NCBI GenBank assembly: GCA_024860875.1
Contig: JACPSZ010000013.1
Location: 7,166 to 71,165 of the forward strand
From: Nitrososphaerota archaeon
GTDB lineage: Archaea > Thermoproteota > Nitrososphaeria > Nitrososphaerales > UBA57
DNA length: 64,000 bases
Direction: 5' to 3'
In this document: positions 35,085-44,044 of the stretch, piece by piece
Numbering within the stretch: position 1 is the first letter of the stretch
Layout of the letters: each line of letters starts with the position of its first letter
Program-made: the position numbers and the translations under genes
Notes under the pieces: model-generated
Seen by the model: only the letters and a program-made list of their open reading frames with translations
Database searches by the model: none
Told to the model about the DNA's origin: nothing

Positions 35085-36328
35085 GAAAGCTAACCATAAG
35101 CCTAGCCATCCTTGCAATGTTGCTTACTCCTATTACACTCCCATTATTAGATCAGAATGGGACACTGCAACCATTATCGTTCATAGTGAAGCCAGCACAA
35201 GGACAGGCTGCAGGAATCAAATCCTTCGTTATTATTGTGTCAAAAGATGGATTCAACGGCACTGAATCAGCCAAAATGTCCATTGTGGTGAATGAAGGCG
35301 ACAGAGTCAAGATAACGTTCATAATGGCGGAAGAGGACAGGAAGAATAAAGATCCGGTTAACAGGCACATAATGGAAATCACTGGGTATGACATAGTGGC
35401 AGATGAAATCAATCCGAGTCACCCAGAGGCTACACTAGTCTTCTTGGCCGACAAGCCAGGCAGTTTCAAGATTGCATGTAGCCCAGATACCTGGGATTGT
35501 CCCGGACACGACGTGCTTCAAGATGGCAAATTTGAGGTAAACCGTGCAGGAGTTGCCGCACCTCCACCTCAGCCAGCTCCTGCACCAGCACCCCAACCGG
35601 CACCTGCTCCCGCTCCGGCACCAGCTCCTCAGCCACCACCTCCCGCACCCGCTCCAGCGCCCGCTCCTGCCCCTCAACCAGCACCAGCCCCAGCTCCGGA
35701 ACCAGCTCCTGCACCAGCACCCCAACCGGCTCCGGCTCCTGCTCCTGCACCAGCGCCGGCACCGCAACCTCAACAGCCAGCCCCAGCTCCTGCCCCCGCA
35801 CCAGCTCCAGCTCCTCAGCCAGCCCCGCAGCCGATTCCTGCGCAACCACCTGGACCATTAAGGACGAATCTTAACCTTGATGCAAAGGATCATTGCGATG
35901 GTGTTTGCTCTATCTCCTTGATTGGTACCCTGACGGACAACGAGGGTAACCCGATTGAGGGTATGCCAGTAATGTTCACTGTCAACACAACTTTCGGCAC
36001 TCTTAGGATAGCTTCACTTTACACGAACAAACAAGGAATAGCTTTGGCTAACTATTCGGCGGGTTCGATTGGGATGTACGAATTCGCTGCTTTATTTCCA
36101 GGAGGCGGAGGATATGGAGCAAGCAAGTTTCTCGTAACAAGGCATATACTGTATGCCGGAGGCGAACCCACTGAATCCTTGTTTGCACCTAGAAACGTGG
36201 CAGTCGGTATAGCAATAGGAGCAGTCCTTTCGGTATGGGGTGCATATGCCTTCGTTTTGGGTCAGCTCGGCGGGATATTCCGCGAAAGGAAGAAACACCA
36301 AGGAGGTGATAATCGCCAAGCTCCATGA
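35081..36328 (+). CDS. secreted, C-terminally anchored protein: cupredoxin-like domain, long Pro/Ala linker, Ig-like domain, TM helix
   Basis: VVNEGDRVKITFIM...NRHIMEITGYD...KPGSFKIACSPDTWDCPGHDVLQDGKFEV has a cupredoxin-like strand and ligand layout. It is followed by about 100 aa of PAPAPAPQ repeats, then a beta-rich domain and a TM helix. ATGA overlaps at both ends. Confidence 0.6.
   Translation: MRKLTISLAILAMLLTPITLPLLDQNGTLQPLSFIVKPAQGQAAGIKSFVIIVSKDGFNGTESAKMSIVVNEGDRVKITFIMAEEDRKNKDPVNRHIMEITGYDIVADEINPSHPEATLVFLADKPGSFKIACSPDTWDCPGHDVLQDGKFEVNRAGVAAPPPQPAPAPAPQPAPAPAPAPAPQPPPPAPAPAPAPAPQPAPAPAPEPAPAPAPQPAPAPAPAPAPAPQPQQPAPAPAPAPAPAPQPAPQPIPAQPPGPLRTNLNLDAKDHCDGVCSISLIGTLTDNEGNPIEGMPVMFTVNTTFGTLRIASLYTNKQGIALANYSAGSIGMYEFAALFPGGGGYGASKFLVTRHILYAGGEPTESLFAPRNVAVGIAIGAVLSVWGAYAFVLGQLGGIFRERKKHQGGDNRQAP
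35558..35857 (+). repeat. coding low-complexity (PAPAPAPQ)n repeat
   Basis: gcaccagc/cctgc units, read directly. It also generates spurious ORFs in other frames. Confidence 0.85.
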
Positions 36329-36444
36329 TAATCCCGAACGTACACGGGATAACTCATAAGCCGAAGGGTGGGCTTCGTAACAATCAGCCTCCTGAAGAGC
36401 CCAGAAAGGGGCGAAACACGCTCCCCAGTGTCGAGGGAAAGGAA

Positions 36445-37887
36445 ATGAACAAGAAACAAATAGGTACAGCAACAATATGCATGGCTATCCTAGCACTGCT
36501 GTTAGGAGCACCTCTATCTATCCAACCTGCAAAAGGAGCTGCGGACATAGTAGCTCTGAAAACGCAAAATCCAGTAGTCGTGGACGGGATTCCTAGTGAG
36601 ACATTCTGGAGCCAGACTCAGCCAACGGTCCTATCGCTTGCTGGAACCACGGTATATGGTGGCAAGGTTCCAGAAATGTGGGTCAGGGCTGCACATGACG
36701 GAAAAAACATCTACATTCTGATGCAATGGCCGGACACAAAGGAAAGTAGGACAAGTGGCCCAGCTCGGAGATTGAATTTATCAACGCCAGGAAATCTGAT
36801 AGGCCAGTACCACGCTAACGCCACCCACTACTACGCAGATGCTGGACTTGTGACATGGTGGATGGGTGCACAGAAGCCTACCGTAATTCCAGCGACAAAC
36901 AACGAGATGGGAGGATCGCCTACCAGACGAGCATCACTATTCGGATGGACTGCTAGTGACAAAGCAGAGCTCTGGGCTTGGAAATCCAGTGCCCTCGACA
37001 TGGGCAATCCGTACTGGCCCTATGCGGGTCTTGATGTCGGTGTGACAACATGGCACTGGGGCGACAATACAGGTAAACCATACACAATGCCATATTCGGC
37101 TGCATACCAAGGCCTCTTCAATTCTACGGGCTATTGGATCCTTGGTGATGGACTGCTACACTCTAAAGGATGCCAGCAACCAGGAACAAAGAATTTCGAA
37201 GTCAGGGCACGAGGAGTATGGAACGGTGGTATGTGGACTCTGGAACTATCCAGACCATTAGTTTCTTCGCCAGAGAACCGTCCTTACACACTATCTTTAG
37301 AGTCAGGCAATACATACTGGGCAGTCTTTGGGGCACAAGATGGTAACAAGGGAGAATGGGAAGAAGTTGCATCAAGGTCCAACTGGGTGTCAGTAGAACT
37401 CTCAAATGACTTGTTTCCACTAGAGAAACAGATGCAGGATGTCGTAGCAGCAGCGGGCGTAGCTTCTAAGGCAGCAGGAGATGCAGTAAAGTCAGCCGGA
37501 GACGCATCTAAAGTCGCTGGAGATGCTTCTAAAGTAGCAGGAGACGCAGTGAAGGTAGCAGCAGACGCATCTAAAGCAGCAGAAAGCTCTGTGAAAGCAG
37601 CGAGCGACGCGTCCAAGGTAGCAGCAGATGCAGCAAAGGCGTCCGAGAGCTCGGTTAAGACTGCCGGGGAAGCTGCAAAAGGTGCTGACGCAGCAGCAAA
37701 GAATTCTGCAGACGCTCAGAAAGTCTCTCAGGATGCACTTTCAGCAGCACAGCAAGCAATAAGGGCTGCAGAGGATACAAGGAAGACTGCCGAAGCTACT
37801 ACCAACTTGGCCTATGGGACAATCGGTATAGCCATCGCCGCCATAATCGTGTCAGTCGTAATGGGGTTAAGGAGGAGAAAGCCTTGA
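36445..37887 (+). CDS. EB_dh/DOMON-like (ethylbenzene-dehydrogenase gamma / NxrC / DdhC-type) putative haem-b domain protein, with Ala-rich heptad stalk and C-terminal TM anchor
   Basis: Signal peptide MNKKQIGTATICMAILALLLGAPLS. VVVDGIPSETFWSQTQPTVLSL...VPEMWVRAAHDGKNIYILMQWPDTKES resembles the EB_dh/CBM9-like signature. There is an alternative ATGA-coupled start at 36325. Confidence 0.55.
   Translation: MNKKQIGTATICMAILALLLGAPLSIQPAKGAADIVALKTQNPVVVDGIPSETFWSQTQPTVLSLAGTTVYGGKVPEMWVRAAHDGKNIYILMQWPDTKESRTSGPARRLNLSTPGNLIGQYHANATHYYADAGLVTWWMGAQKPTVIPATNNEMGGSPTRRASLFGWTASDKAELWAWKSSALDMGNPYWPYAGLDVGVTTWHWGDNTGKPYTMPYSAAYQGLFNSTGYWILGDGLLHSKGCQQPGTKNFEVRARGVWNGGMWTLELSRPLVSSPENRPYTLSLESGNTYWAVFGAQDGNKGEWEEVASRSNWVSVELSNDLFPLEKQMQDVVAAAGVASKAAGDAVKSAGDASKVAGDASKVAGDAVKVAADASKAAESSVKAASDASKVAADAAKASESSVKTAGEAAKGADAAAKNSADAQKVSQDALSAAQQAIRAAEDTRKTAEATTNLAYGTIGIAIAAIIVSVVMGLRRRKP
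37444..37730 (+). repeat. 21-nt-period coding repeat (AGDASKV heptads, coiled-coil-like stalk)
   Basis: AGDAVKSAGDASKVAGDASKVAGDAVKVAADASKAAESSVKAASDASKVAADAAKASESSVK, read from the translation. Confidence 0.75.
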
Positions 37888-39248
37888 CCCTCCCTTTTTT
37901 CTTAAGTCGTTCGCATATTAAGCATGGTATTGCTTTTGCACTTTTTGTTTTGTTAATCGTAGGCGTTATTCCCTCGATTTATGCTCAGGATTCTGGAATT
38001 TCTCCTTCTGTTTTTCGTTATGGGCCTTCTAGGGTTGGAGAGACTTCTTTGGAGCTGAAGCAGCCTCTTACACTGGTATGGAAGAAAGCACGTGGGGGGA
38101 CAAGTGCATTCGGCTACTTTTCATCATCGCCAGCTGCGATGGGAGAGTTATTGTTTGTCGGTGCCAGTGATGGAGTCTATGCACTCGACGCTAAAACTGG
38201 GGATGTAATCTGGATATACAAAACGGACAAACCTGTAAAATCATCGCCATCAATATCCGGGGAAACTCTCTATGTTGGCTGTAGCGACGGCAATATGTAC
38301 GCAATTGCAATAGCCAATGGAGCGAAGCTATGGTCTTTCAAGACAGAAGGACCTGTCATTTCTTCTCCCCTTGTAGCTGGAGGGGTAGTGTACGTAGGAT
38401 CGGAAGACGGATTGTTGCGCGCTATAGATGCAAAAACTGGTGTTCTAAAGTGGAAGTTTAAGACAGACCTGCAAGTAACATCTTCACCGGCACTGGCCTA
38501 TGGGACTATCTATACTGGTTCGTGGGATGGTTATGTGTACGCTCTTGATCCTGAAAATGGGCAAATGAAGTGGAAATTCTACACAGGTCATGGAATAGAA
38601 TCCTCGCCTGCCATTTCTGATGGCATAGTGTACATTGGGGCATCTTACACTAACAGAATCATAGCACTGGATGCTTACACAGGGAAGGAGGTATGGGAAT
38701 ACGCTACAGAATACAAAGTAATCTCATCTCCAGCCGTGGGCGGTTCGCTGGTGTTCATAGGTTCTACAGATGCCAATGTTTACGCCTTTAATACGAAGAC
38801 AGGAACTCTAGTATGGAAGTATAATACTGCAGGAGGGATATCCGGCTCTTCCCCCACCGTCAGCGGAGACACGATTTACATAGGCGCCGAGGACAAAAAG
38901 ATGTACGCATTTGAAAAGTCCTCGGGTAAACTTATCTGGAGTTTCAAGGCTGACGAATCCATCAGCTCAACTCCTTTGGTAAGCAATGGATTTCTTTACA
39001 TGACATCAGCTGACAATACTGTCTACGCCTTTTCAGATGAAGAGACTGCTAGAAGTACGAACCCGCTATCGCGCGAAGCAAATACCGCAGGCCAAACCAT
39101 AAAACCGGTAGCTCAGCAGAGCATGGATGAGGGAGTGCTGATGCTCAAGGCTCTCTCAGAGAACTTGCAGCTACAGGTATTTGCAATTGGGGGAGGTGCT
39201 GTAGTAGTTGTGATGATTGTGTGGGCACGAAGGCGATATAATGCATGA
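37884..39248 (+). CDS. PQQ-like-repeat (BamB-like) eight-bladed beta-propeller, signal peptide and C-terminal TM anchor
   Basis: About eight repeats of SSP....G.(V/I)Y(V/I)G(S)(D)G..YA.DA.TG...W.(F/Y)KT. TTGA overlap with the upstream gene. Confidence 0.75.
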   Translation: MTLPFFLSRSHIKHGIAFALFVLLIVGVIPSIYAQDSGISPSVFRYGPSRVGETSLELKQPLTLVWKKARGGTSAFGYFSSSPAAMGELLFVGASDGVYALDAKTGDVIWIYKTDKPVKSSPSISGETLYVGCSDGNMYAIAIANGAKLWSFKTEGPVISSPLVAGGVVYVGSEDGLLRAIDAKTGVLKWKFKTDLQVTSSPALAYGTIYTGSWDGYVYALDPENGQMKWKFYTGHGIESSPAISDGIVYIGASYTNRIIALDAYTGKEVWEYATEYKVISSPAVGGSLVFIGSTDANVYAFNTKTGTLVWKYNTAGGISGSSPTVSGDTIYIGAEDKKMYAFEKSSGKLIWSFKADESISSTPLVSNGFLYMTSADNTVYAFSDEETARSTNPLSREANTAGQTIKPVAQQSMDEGVLMLKALSENLQLQVFAIGGGAVVVVMIVWARRRYNA

Positions 39249-39304
39249 CAATACCGTACCGGTTAGGGATAAGATTCAACCAAGCTAAAGTCTTAGGTAA
39301 TACT

Positions 39305-40486
39305 ATGAACCATAAAGTTCTGCTGGCATCGGTCCTTGTAATGATAATGCTAACACCATCCTTAGTTACCATATCATATGCGGCTTCTGAAACTGATTTA
39401 ACGGCTCATTATAGGGATATGAAGGCAGCAATATATGACAAGGTAAGAGGTATTTACGGCGTGGACTATTCATATGACTGGTATACCAATAAATTCACTA
39501 CGGATCCTAAAGGCACAGTAGATAGCAAGACGGTAATAGTCGATGGCAAGCTTGATGAGGCTATCTGGCAGACCATCGATCCTGTCACAATTGACTTGAA
39601 GCCTACCTTTCCTTGGGGAGGAGCCGTAAGTAGCGTATCGGTCAAAGCTGCAAACAATGGCACTTGGATATTTATGGCCTTCCAATGGAGGGATTCAACT
39701 GCGAGTTTGGAAGAAAGTGCGAGGGTAAAACGTCCAGAAGGGGGATTCTTCTACAATGCGACTTGGTTCTACTCCGATAACCTGTTCATAGGTTGGTGGA
39801 TGAAGGACTACAAGCCATTGGGCGATCCATATTTCAACACACACTATGCCGGGACTACAATGGGAAGAGTACCTTGGAAGAAAACCGATCCTTCGGGTCA
39901 AGCCAACTTGTGGCTTTTCAAGGCCTATCTAGGCGATGACGATCAGCGGTATTGGCCACTAACATCCACTACGCCTAGGACATGGAGGTGGGGCCCCAAC
40001 TCAGGACAAGATCTGGTCTTTCCATACCCATTTCTGGCCGAGACTATGCTTAACTCCACTTCAAACTACTTCATAGGTACTGGGGTTACACATGTAAGTG
40101 GATGTGCCTTTCCTGAGAGAGTAACATTCCCATTCGATGTTAGAGGAAACGGCTTTTGGAAAGATGGCGTATGGACGCTAGAACTGGCTAGACCTTTTGA
40201 ACCTCATCTACAAAACCAAGCTACGCATGCAACTATAAGCTTGGAGAGCAACAAGGTCTACTCGATTTTCTTTGGTGCTTCTGATGGACATCATGGGGAA
40301 AATGAAGATGTTGGCTCGATATCTCAGTGGTACACAATAAACATAAAGCCGTCTCCTTCTTCGCCTAGCTTACCCATCCCACTCCTGATTGCAGGAGGCA
40401 TTGCTGTAGCGATAGTAATTGTTGGAGTGGCTGCAATACAGATAAGGCGTGGTAGACATCGAGTTGCGTCTGCTAAGACATCGTAA
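39305..40486 (+). CDS. second EB_dh/DOMON-like putative haem-b domain protein with C-terminal TM anchor
   Basis: Signal peptide MNHKVLLASVLVMIMLTPSLV. VIVDGKLDEAIWQTIDPVTIDL...SVSVKAANNGTWIFMAFQWRDSTAS is paralogous to 36445-37887. There is an alternative ATGA-coupled start at 39245. Confidence 0.55.
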   Translation: MNHKVLLASVLVMIMLTPSLVTISYAASETDLTAHYRDMKAAIYDKVRGIYGVDYSYDWYTNKFTTDPKGTVDSKTVIVDGKLDEAIWQTIDPVTIDLKPTFPWGGAVSSVSVKAANNGTWIFMAFQWRDSTASLEESARVKRPEGGFFYNATWFYSDNLFIGWWMKDYKPLGDPYFNTHYAGTTMGRVPWKKTDPSGQANLWLFKAYLGDDDQRYWPLTSTTPRTWRWGPNSGQDLVFPYPFLAETMLNSTSNYFIGTGVTHVSGCAFPERVTFPFDVRGNGFWKDGVWTLELARPFEPHLQNQATHATISLESNKVYSIFFGASDGHHGENEDVGSISQWYTINIKPSPSSPSLPIPLLIAGGIAVAIVIVGVAAIQIRRGRHRVASAKTS

Positions 40487-42872
40487 GGGCCATTTGCAGG
40501 CCCTTGCGGCTTGTTTTTTGTTAGTTCTCCTGCTTTCGCTACCACAGTCTTATGGGACAAACCAAAAGACAGGAAATAGCATAGCAGACTGGCCGATGCT
40601 TGGGGGAGACTCTTCAAGGAATTTTCATAGTGCTAATACAATCACCCCTCCTCTGCAAGTCAAGTGGAAATATCAGGGAAATATAGCTCCAGCATCGTTT
40701 TACATAGGGTCTTCGCCAGCAGTCTACCGCAACTCGGTAATAGCTGGAGGGAGAGAAGGGATCCTTAGAGCTTTGGACATAGATGAAGGGAACATGGAAT
40801 GGTCATTCAAGACAGAAGGACCCATCAGATCATCGCCAGCCATTGCAGATGGGAAGATCTTTGTTGGATCTGATGACGGATATGTATATTCCATAGACGC
40901 AGAAACGGGGGAATTGGTATGGAAGTTCAAGACCGGGGAAAGCGTTTGGTCTTCTCCAAGCGTCTCCAAAGGTGCTGTCTTCGTAGGCTCAAATGACGAA
41001 TACCTTTACGCTTTAGACGCCTCGAATGGCAACTTGATGTGGAAATTCAAAGCTGGATCTTGGATAGTATCGTCACCAACTATAATCAACGCTATAGTAT
41101 ACTTCGGCTCTGATGATGGTTACCTTTATGCCTTGGATTCTGCTGCTGGCAATTTGATCTGGAAGACCTTCGTAGAGAATAGAGTTTGGTCTGCTCCGTC
41201 TTATTCTCAGGGTCGCGTGTATGTTGCTTCCTACAGTTTTCGCATCTACGCTCTTGATGCGGAAACTGGCAAAATTGTCTGGCATCATCAGGCAGAATGG
41301 TACATTAGGTCATCTGTTACAGTGGGTAATGGTATTGTGTACGCTGCATCTGTGGATGCCAGAGTCTATGCTGTCGATGCTTTAAGTGGGGAACTACTAT
41401 GGAGCTTCCTAACCAGGAGTGGTATCAACGCGAATACACCCGTTCTTGCTGGAGACGTACTCTATGCTACGTCCACAGACGGCTTTCTATATGCTCTGGA
41501 TGCGCAGTCTGGAAAGTTGCTATGGGAGTACAATGCAGGAGCCCAGATATACTCCTCCCCTGCAATTTCAGGCGATTCGATATACATACAGTCTGCTGAT
41601 GATACGGTTCACGCGTTATCATCCAGCACTTCTGTGGGAAGAAAAGTTACAGTTACACCTGATGATGCATGGTCTCTTTTCCGAGGAAATCTGGAAAGGA
41701 CAGGTTATTCATCTTCAAGGGCGCCGAACACTAACAGCACTATTTGGATAACCGACTTGAAAGGTGCCATACGTTCCTCTCCTGCAATTGCTTATGGGAT
41801 GGTATTTGCAGGACTGCTTGATGGTAGATTCTTTGCATTAGAAGCAGATACGGGCAGAATAGTATGGCAATTCAAGACTGGCGATCAAATATACTCATCG
41901 CCTGTAGTTGCTGATGAGAAGGTTTTTGTGGGCTCTTGGGATGCTAACATGTATGCTCTGGATGCTAAAAAGGGGACTCTCATCTGGCAGTATAAAACAG
42001 GAGATCGTATACGTTCCTCCCCCATCTATGCGGAAGGTATTCTGTACGTTGGTTCAGACGACGGGAAGCTCTATGCACTGGATGCAAGAAAAGGCGATGT
42101 AATCTGGACTTTCCAGACAGGCGGGCAAATTCACTCAGCCCCAGCCATTACCAATGGCGTCGTCTTTGTAGGCTCCCTTGACGAAAAGCTTTACGCCCTC
42201 GACGTAAAAAACGGACATGTGGTATGGAGTGCAGATGTCGGACATGTGCATCAAGCACCTGCAATAGGTTACGGAATGGTCTTTGTTGGGTCTTGGGATA
42301 AAAACGTGTATGCGCTCAATATCACTACTGGAAAGGTGATATGGGCTTTTGAGACTGGCATGATTGTAACATCGGCTCCAGCTCTGGCTTATCAAAAGGT
42401 GTTCATAGGGTCTTGGGATAACAAGGTCTATGCTTTGGATCCACTTACAGGCAAGGTTCTATGGACATACAAAACAGGAAGAGATGTCCAATCTGCACCC
42501 ACAATTGCGGATGGGAAGGTGTTCGTAGGATCCTATGATGATTCTATCTACGCTTTAGATGCAAATACCGGCAAACCAATCTGGCAATATGAAACTGGTG
42601 ACGATGTTCATGGTTCGCCCGCAGTTGCACAGGGGAAGGTATTTGCAGGGTCGTTTGATGGGAAGGTCTACGCATTTGGATCCGCTCAACCCATAATCAA
42701 TAAGCCTAATCCGAGCGTTGAAGATAAGGCCACTAGCCCTTGGTATGAGGACTACATCTGGCCGATCGTTCTGAGCGGCATATTCCTTATCGTTTTTGGG
42801 TATGCTCTGACGAGTCGTTTTGCTAAGAACAAATCTACCACAAAAGGGAAGGTAAATTCCCTAAATCTATAG
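40449..42872 (+). CDS. double PQQ-like-repeat beta-propeller (about 16-18 blades), signal peptide and C-terminal TM anchor
   Basis: Two propeller halves separated by SSSTSVGRKVTVTPDDAWS. Each half opens with W.M(F)(G/R)G(D/N)..R..(H/Y)S. The start is uncertain (GTG 40449 or TTG 40464). Confidence 0.75.
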   Translation: MVDIELRLLRHRKGHLQALAACFLLVLLLSLPQSYGTNQKTGNSIADWPMLGGDSSRNFHSANTITPPLQVKWKYQGNIAPASFYIGSSPAVYRNSVIAGGREGILRALDIDEGNMEWSFKTEGPIRSSPAIADGKIFVGSDDGYVYSIDAETGELVWKFKTGESVWSSPSVSKGAVFVGSNDEYLYALDASNGNLMWKFKAGSWIVSSPTIINAIVYFGSDDGYLYALDSAAGNLIWKTFVENRVWSAPSYSQGRVYVASYSFRIYALDAETGKIVWHHQAEWYIRSSVTVGNGIVYAASVDARVYAVDALSGELLWSFLTRSGINANTPVLAGDVLYATSTDGFLYALDAQSGKLLWEYNAGAQIYSSPAISGDSIYIQSADDTVHALSSSTSVGRKVTVTPDDAWSLFRGNLERTGYSSSRAPNTNSTIWITDLKGAIRSSPAIAYGMVFAGLLDGRFFALEADTGRIVWQFKTGDQIYSSPVVADEKVFVGSWDANMYALDAKKGTLIWQYKTGDRIRSSPIYAEGILYVGSDDGKLYALDARKGDVIWTFQTGGQIHSAPAITNGVVFVGSLDEKLYALDVKNGHVVWSADVGHVHQAPAIGYGMVFVGSWDKNVYALNITTGKVIWAFETGMIVTSAPALAYQKVFIGSWDNKVYALDPLTGKVLWTYKTGRDVQSAPTIADGKVFVGSYDDSIYALDANTGKPIWQYETGDDVHGSPAVAQGKVFAGSFDGKVYAFGSAQPIINKPNPSVEDKATSPWYEDYIWPIVLSGIFLIVFGYALTSRFAKNKSTTKGKVNSLNL

Positions 42873-42899
42873 CCCTCGAATAAAGAAAAAAATCACCGC

Positions 42900-42974
42900 G
42901 AATTTATCTTACTATGACGACAGAGCATTTGGCATAAGTGACAACTCCGAACGCCACGCTCCCAAGAGGCACTC
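42900..42974 (-). repeat. duplicated 3'-terminal 75 bp of the USP gene 44045-44485 (3 mismatches versus 44041-44115)
   Basis: Aligned by eye. It would encode ..LGSVAFGVVTYAKCSVVIVR*. Confidence 0.8.
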
Positions 42975-43064
42975 GACAAATTTAGTGCTGATAGCCTCAC
43001 GCGAATAGATGTTGGAGATAACCGACTTGGAGGGTTTAAATAGGTATTACACGTAATACTCACT

Positions 43065-43298
43065 ATGAAACTAGAGGAAACTAAACTCACACGGAAGCAC
43101 CAGACGACAATTCCAAAGGAGATCAGGAAGCACCTGGACGTGAAACCGGGTCAGAGCGTAAGGTGGCACGTAGTTAAAGGCATGGTCGTAGTTGACGTTC
43201 ACAAGGAGATGGATGAGCCTGTCAAGTTCCTAACCTCACAGATACAACTCGACCTAGATGCCGTTGCTCTTGTAAAAAAGACAAGAGAAGAGTTTTGA
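43065..43298 (+). CDS. vapB: AbrB/SpoVT-family antitoxin (VapB-like)
   Basis: KLTRKHQTTIPKEIRKHLDVKPG motif. 4-nt overlap with the PIN gene. Confidence 0.75.
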   Translation: MKLEETKLTRKHQTTIPKEIRKHLDVKPGQSVRWHVVKGMVVVDVHKEMDEPVKFLTSQIQLDLDAVALVKKTREEF

Positions 43299-43735
43299 TG
43301 ATCTACATTGATACAAATATTTTCGTTTATGCTATCGAGAACCATCCAAAGTTTGGAATAAGCTGCGGTAGAATTCTTCAGGATGTTGAAAATGAGAGGC
43401 TAGAGGCATCTTGCTCGGTACTTGTCCTGGTTGAACTCATTAATGTGATCAAGAAGATTAATACCATTCTCTCAAAGGAAGGTAGAAAGGGATTGAGTAT
43501 CAAGGACAACATCGAGGCTGTGATGTCCTTGCCGTTGGTTTGGATAGACTTGGACTTCTTGGTGATCGAGAGGGCTTCTTCCTATGCGTTTGATGTGAAT
43601 GGGGTAGATTATATTCACATCGCGTCCATGGAAGTTAATTCAATAAACGAAATTCTGTCTGCTGACAAGGATCTAGATAAGGCAGGCGTGATCAAAAGGA
43701 TAGATCCTTTGAACTATACACCAATAGGCGTGTGA
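43295..43735 (+). CDS. vapC: PIN-domain toxin (VapC)
   Basis: MMIYIDTNIFVYAI N-terminus and the later DYIHIASM. Confidence 0.8.
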   Translation: MMIYIDTNIFVYAIENHPKFGISCGRILQDVENERLEASCSVLVLVELINVIKKINTILSKEGRKGLSIKDNIEAVMSLPLVWIDLDFLVIERASSYAFDVNGVDYIHIASMEVNSINEILSADKDLDKAGVIKRIDPLNYTPIGV

Positions 43736-44044
43736 ATGCTAATCCTGCTATGCGGGGAGGTTCGTCTTACCTCCGGCGGGAAACGTTCACCCAACCGGTA
43801 ATCCGCAATTCGTATGTTATATGGTTTGGCCCTGAAGGAGATTCCTTAGTGTTTACTTCAGTTCCGACTAAGCCAAAAAAAAGTTCGGGAGTACGGCGAA
43901 ACCTGCCTTTCTAGAATAGCATTCCAGCCTTGATTCATAGTTGTACGTTGGGACAGATCCGATGGAGTTGCAAACATAGATCCCTTTGATAGTCCAAGTG
44001 CTGTTACAATGCCAGTTGTCCTTGTTCCAACCTCGCCCTTGAAT

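Noticed and set aside
35435-35861. ORFs 35435-35845(-), 35466-35858(-) and 35544-35861(+) overlapping the Pro/Ala repeat
   Set aside because: They are Arg/Trp/Leu- or Leu/His/Gln-rich translations of the same GC-rich low-complexity repeat in other frames. The PAPAPAPQ frame is continuous with flanking real domains.
36333-36349. CCCGAACGTACACGGGA as a further motif A copy, and CCGTACCGG at about 39255
   Set aside because: The half-site spacing differs from the CCGnAC-N2-GTnCGG pattern. The sequences also lie inside or at the edge of coding sequence. They are too weak to count.
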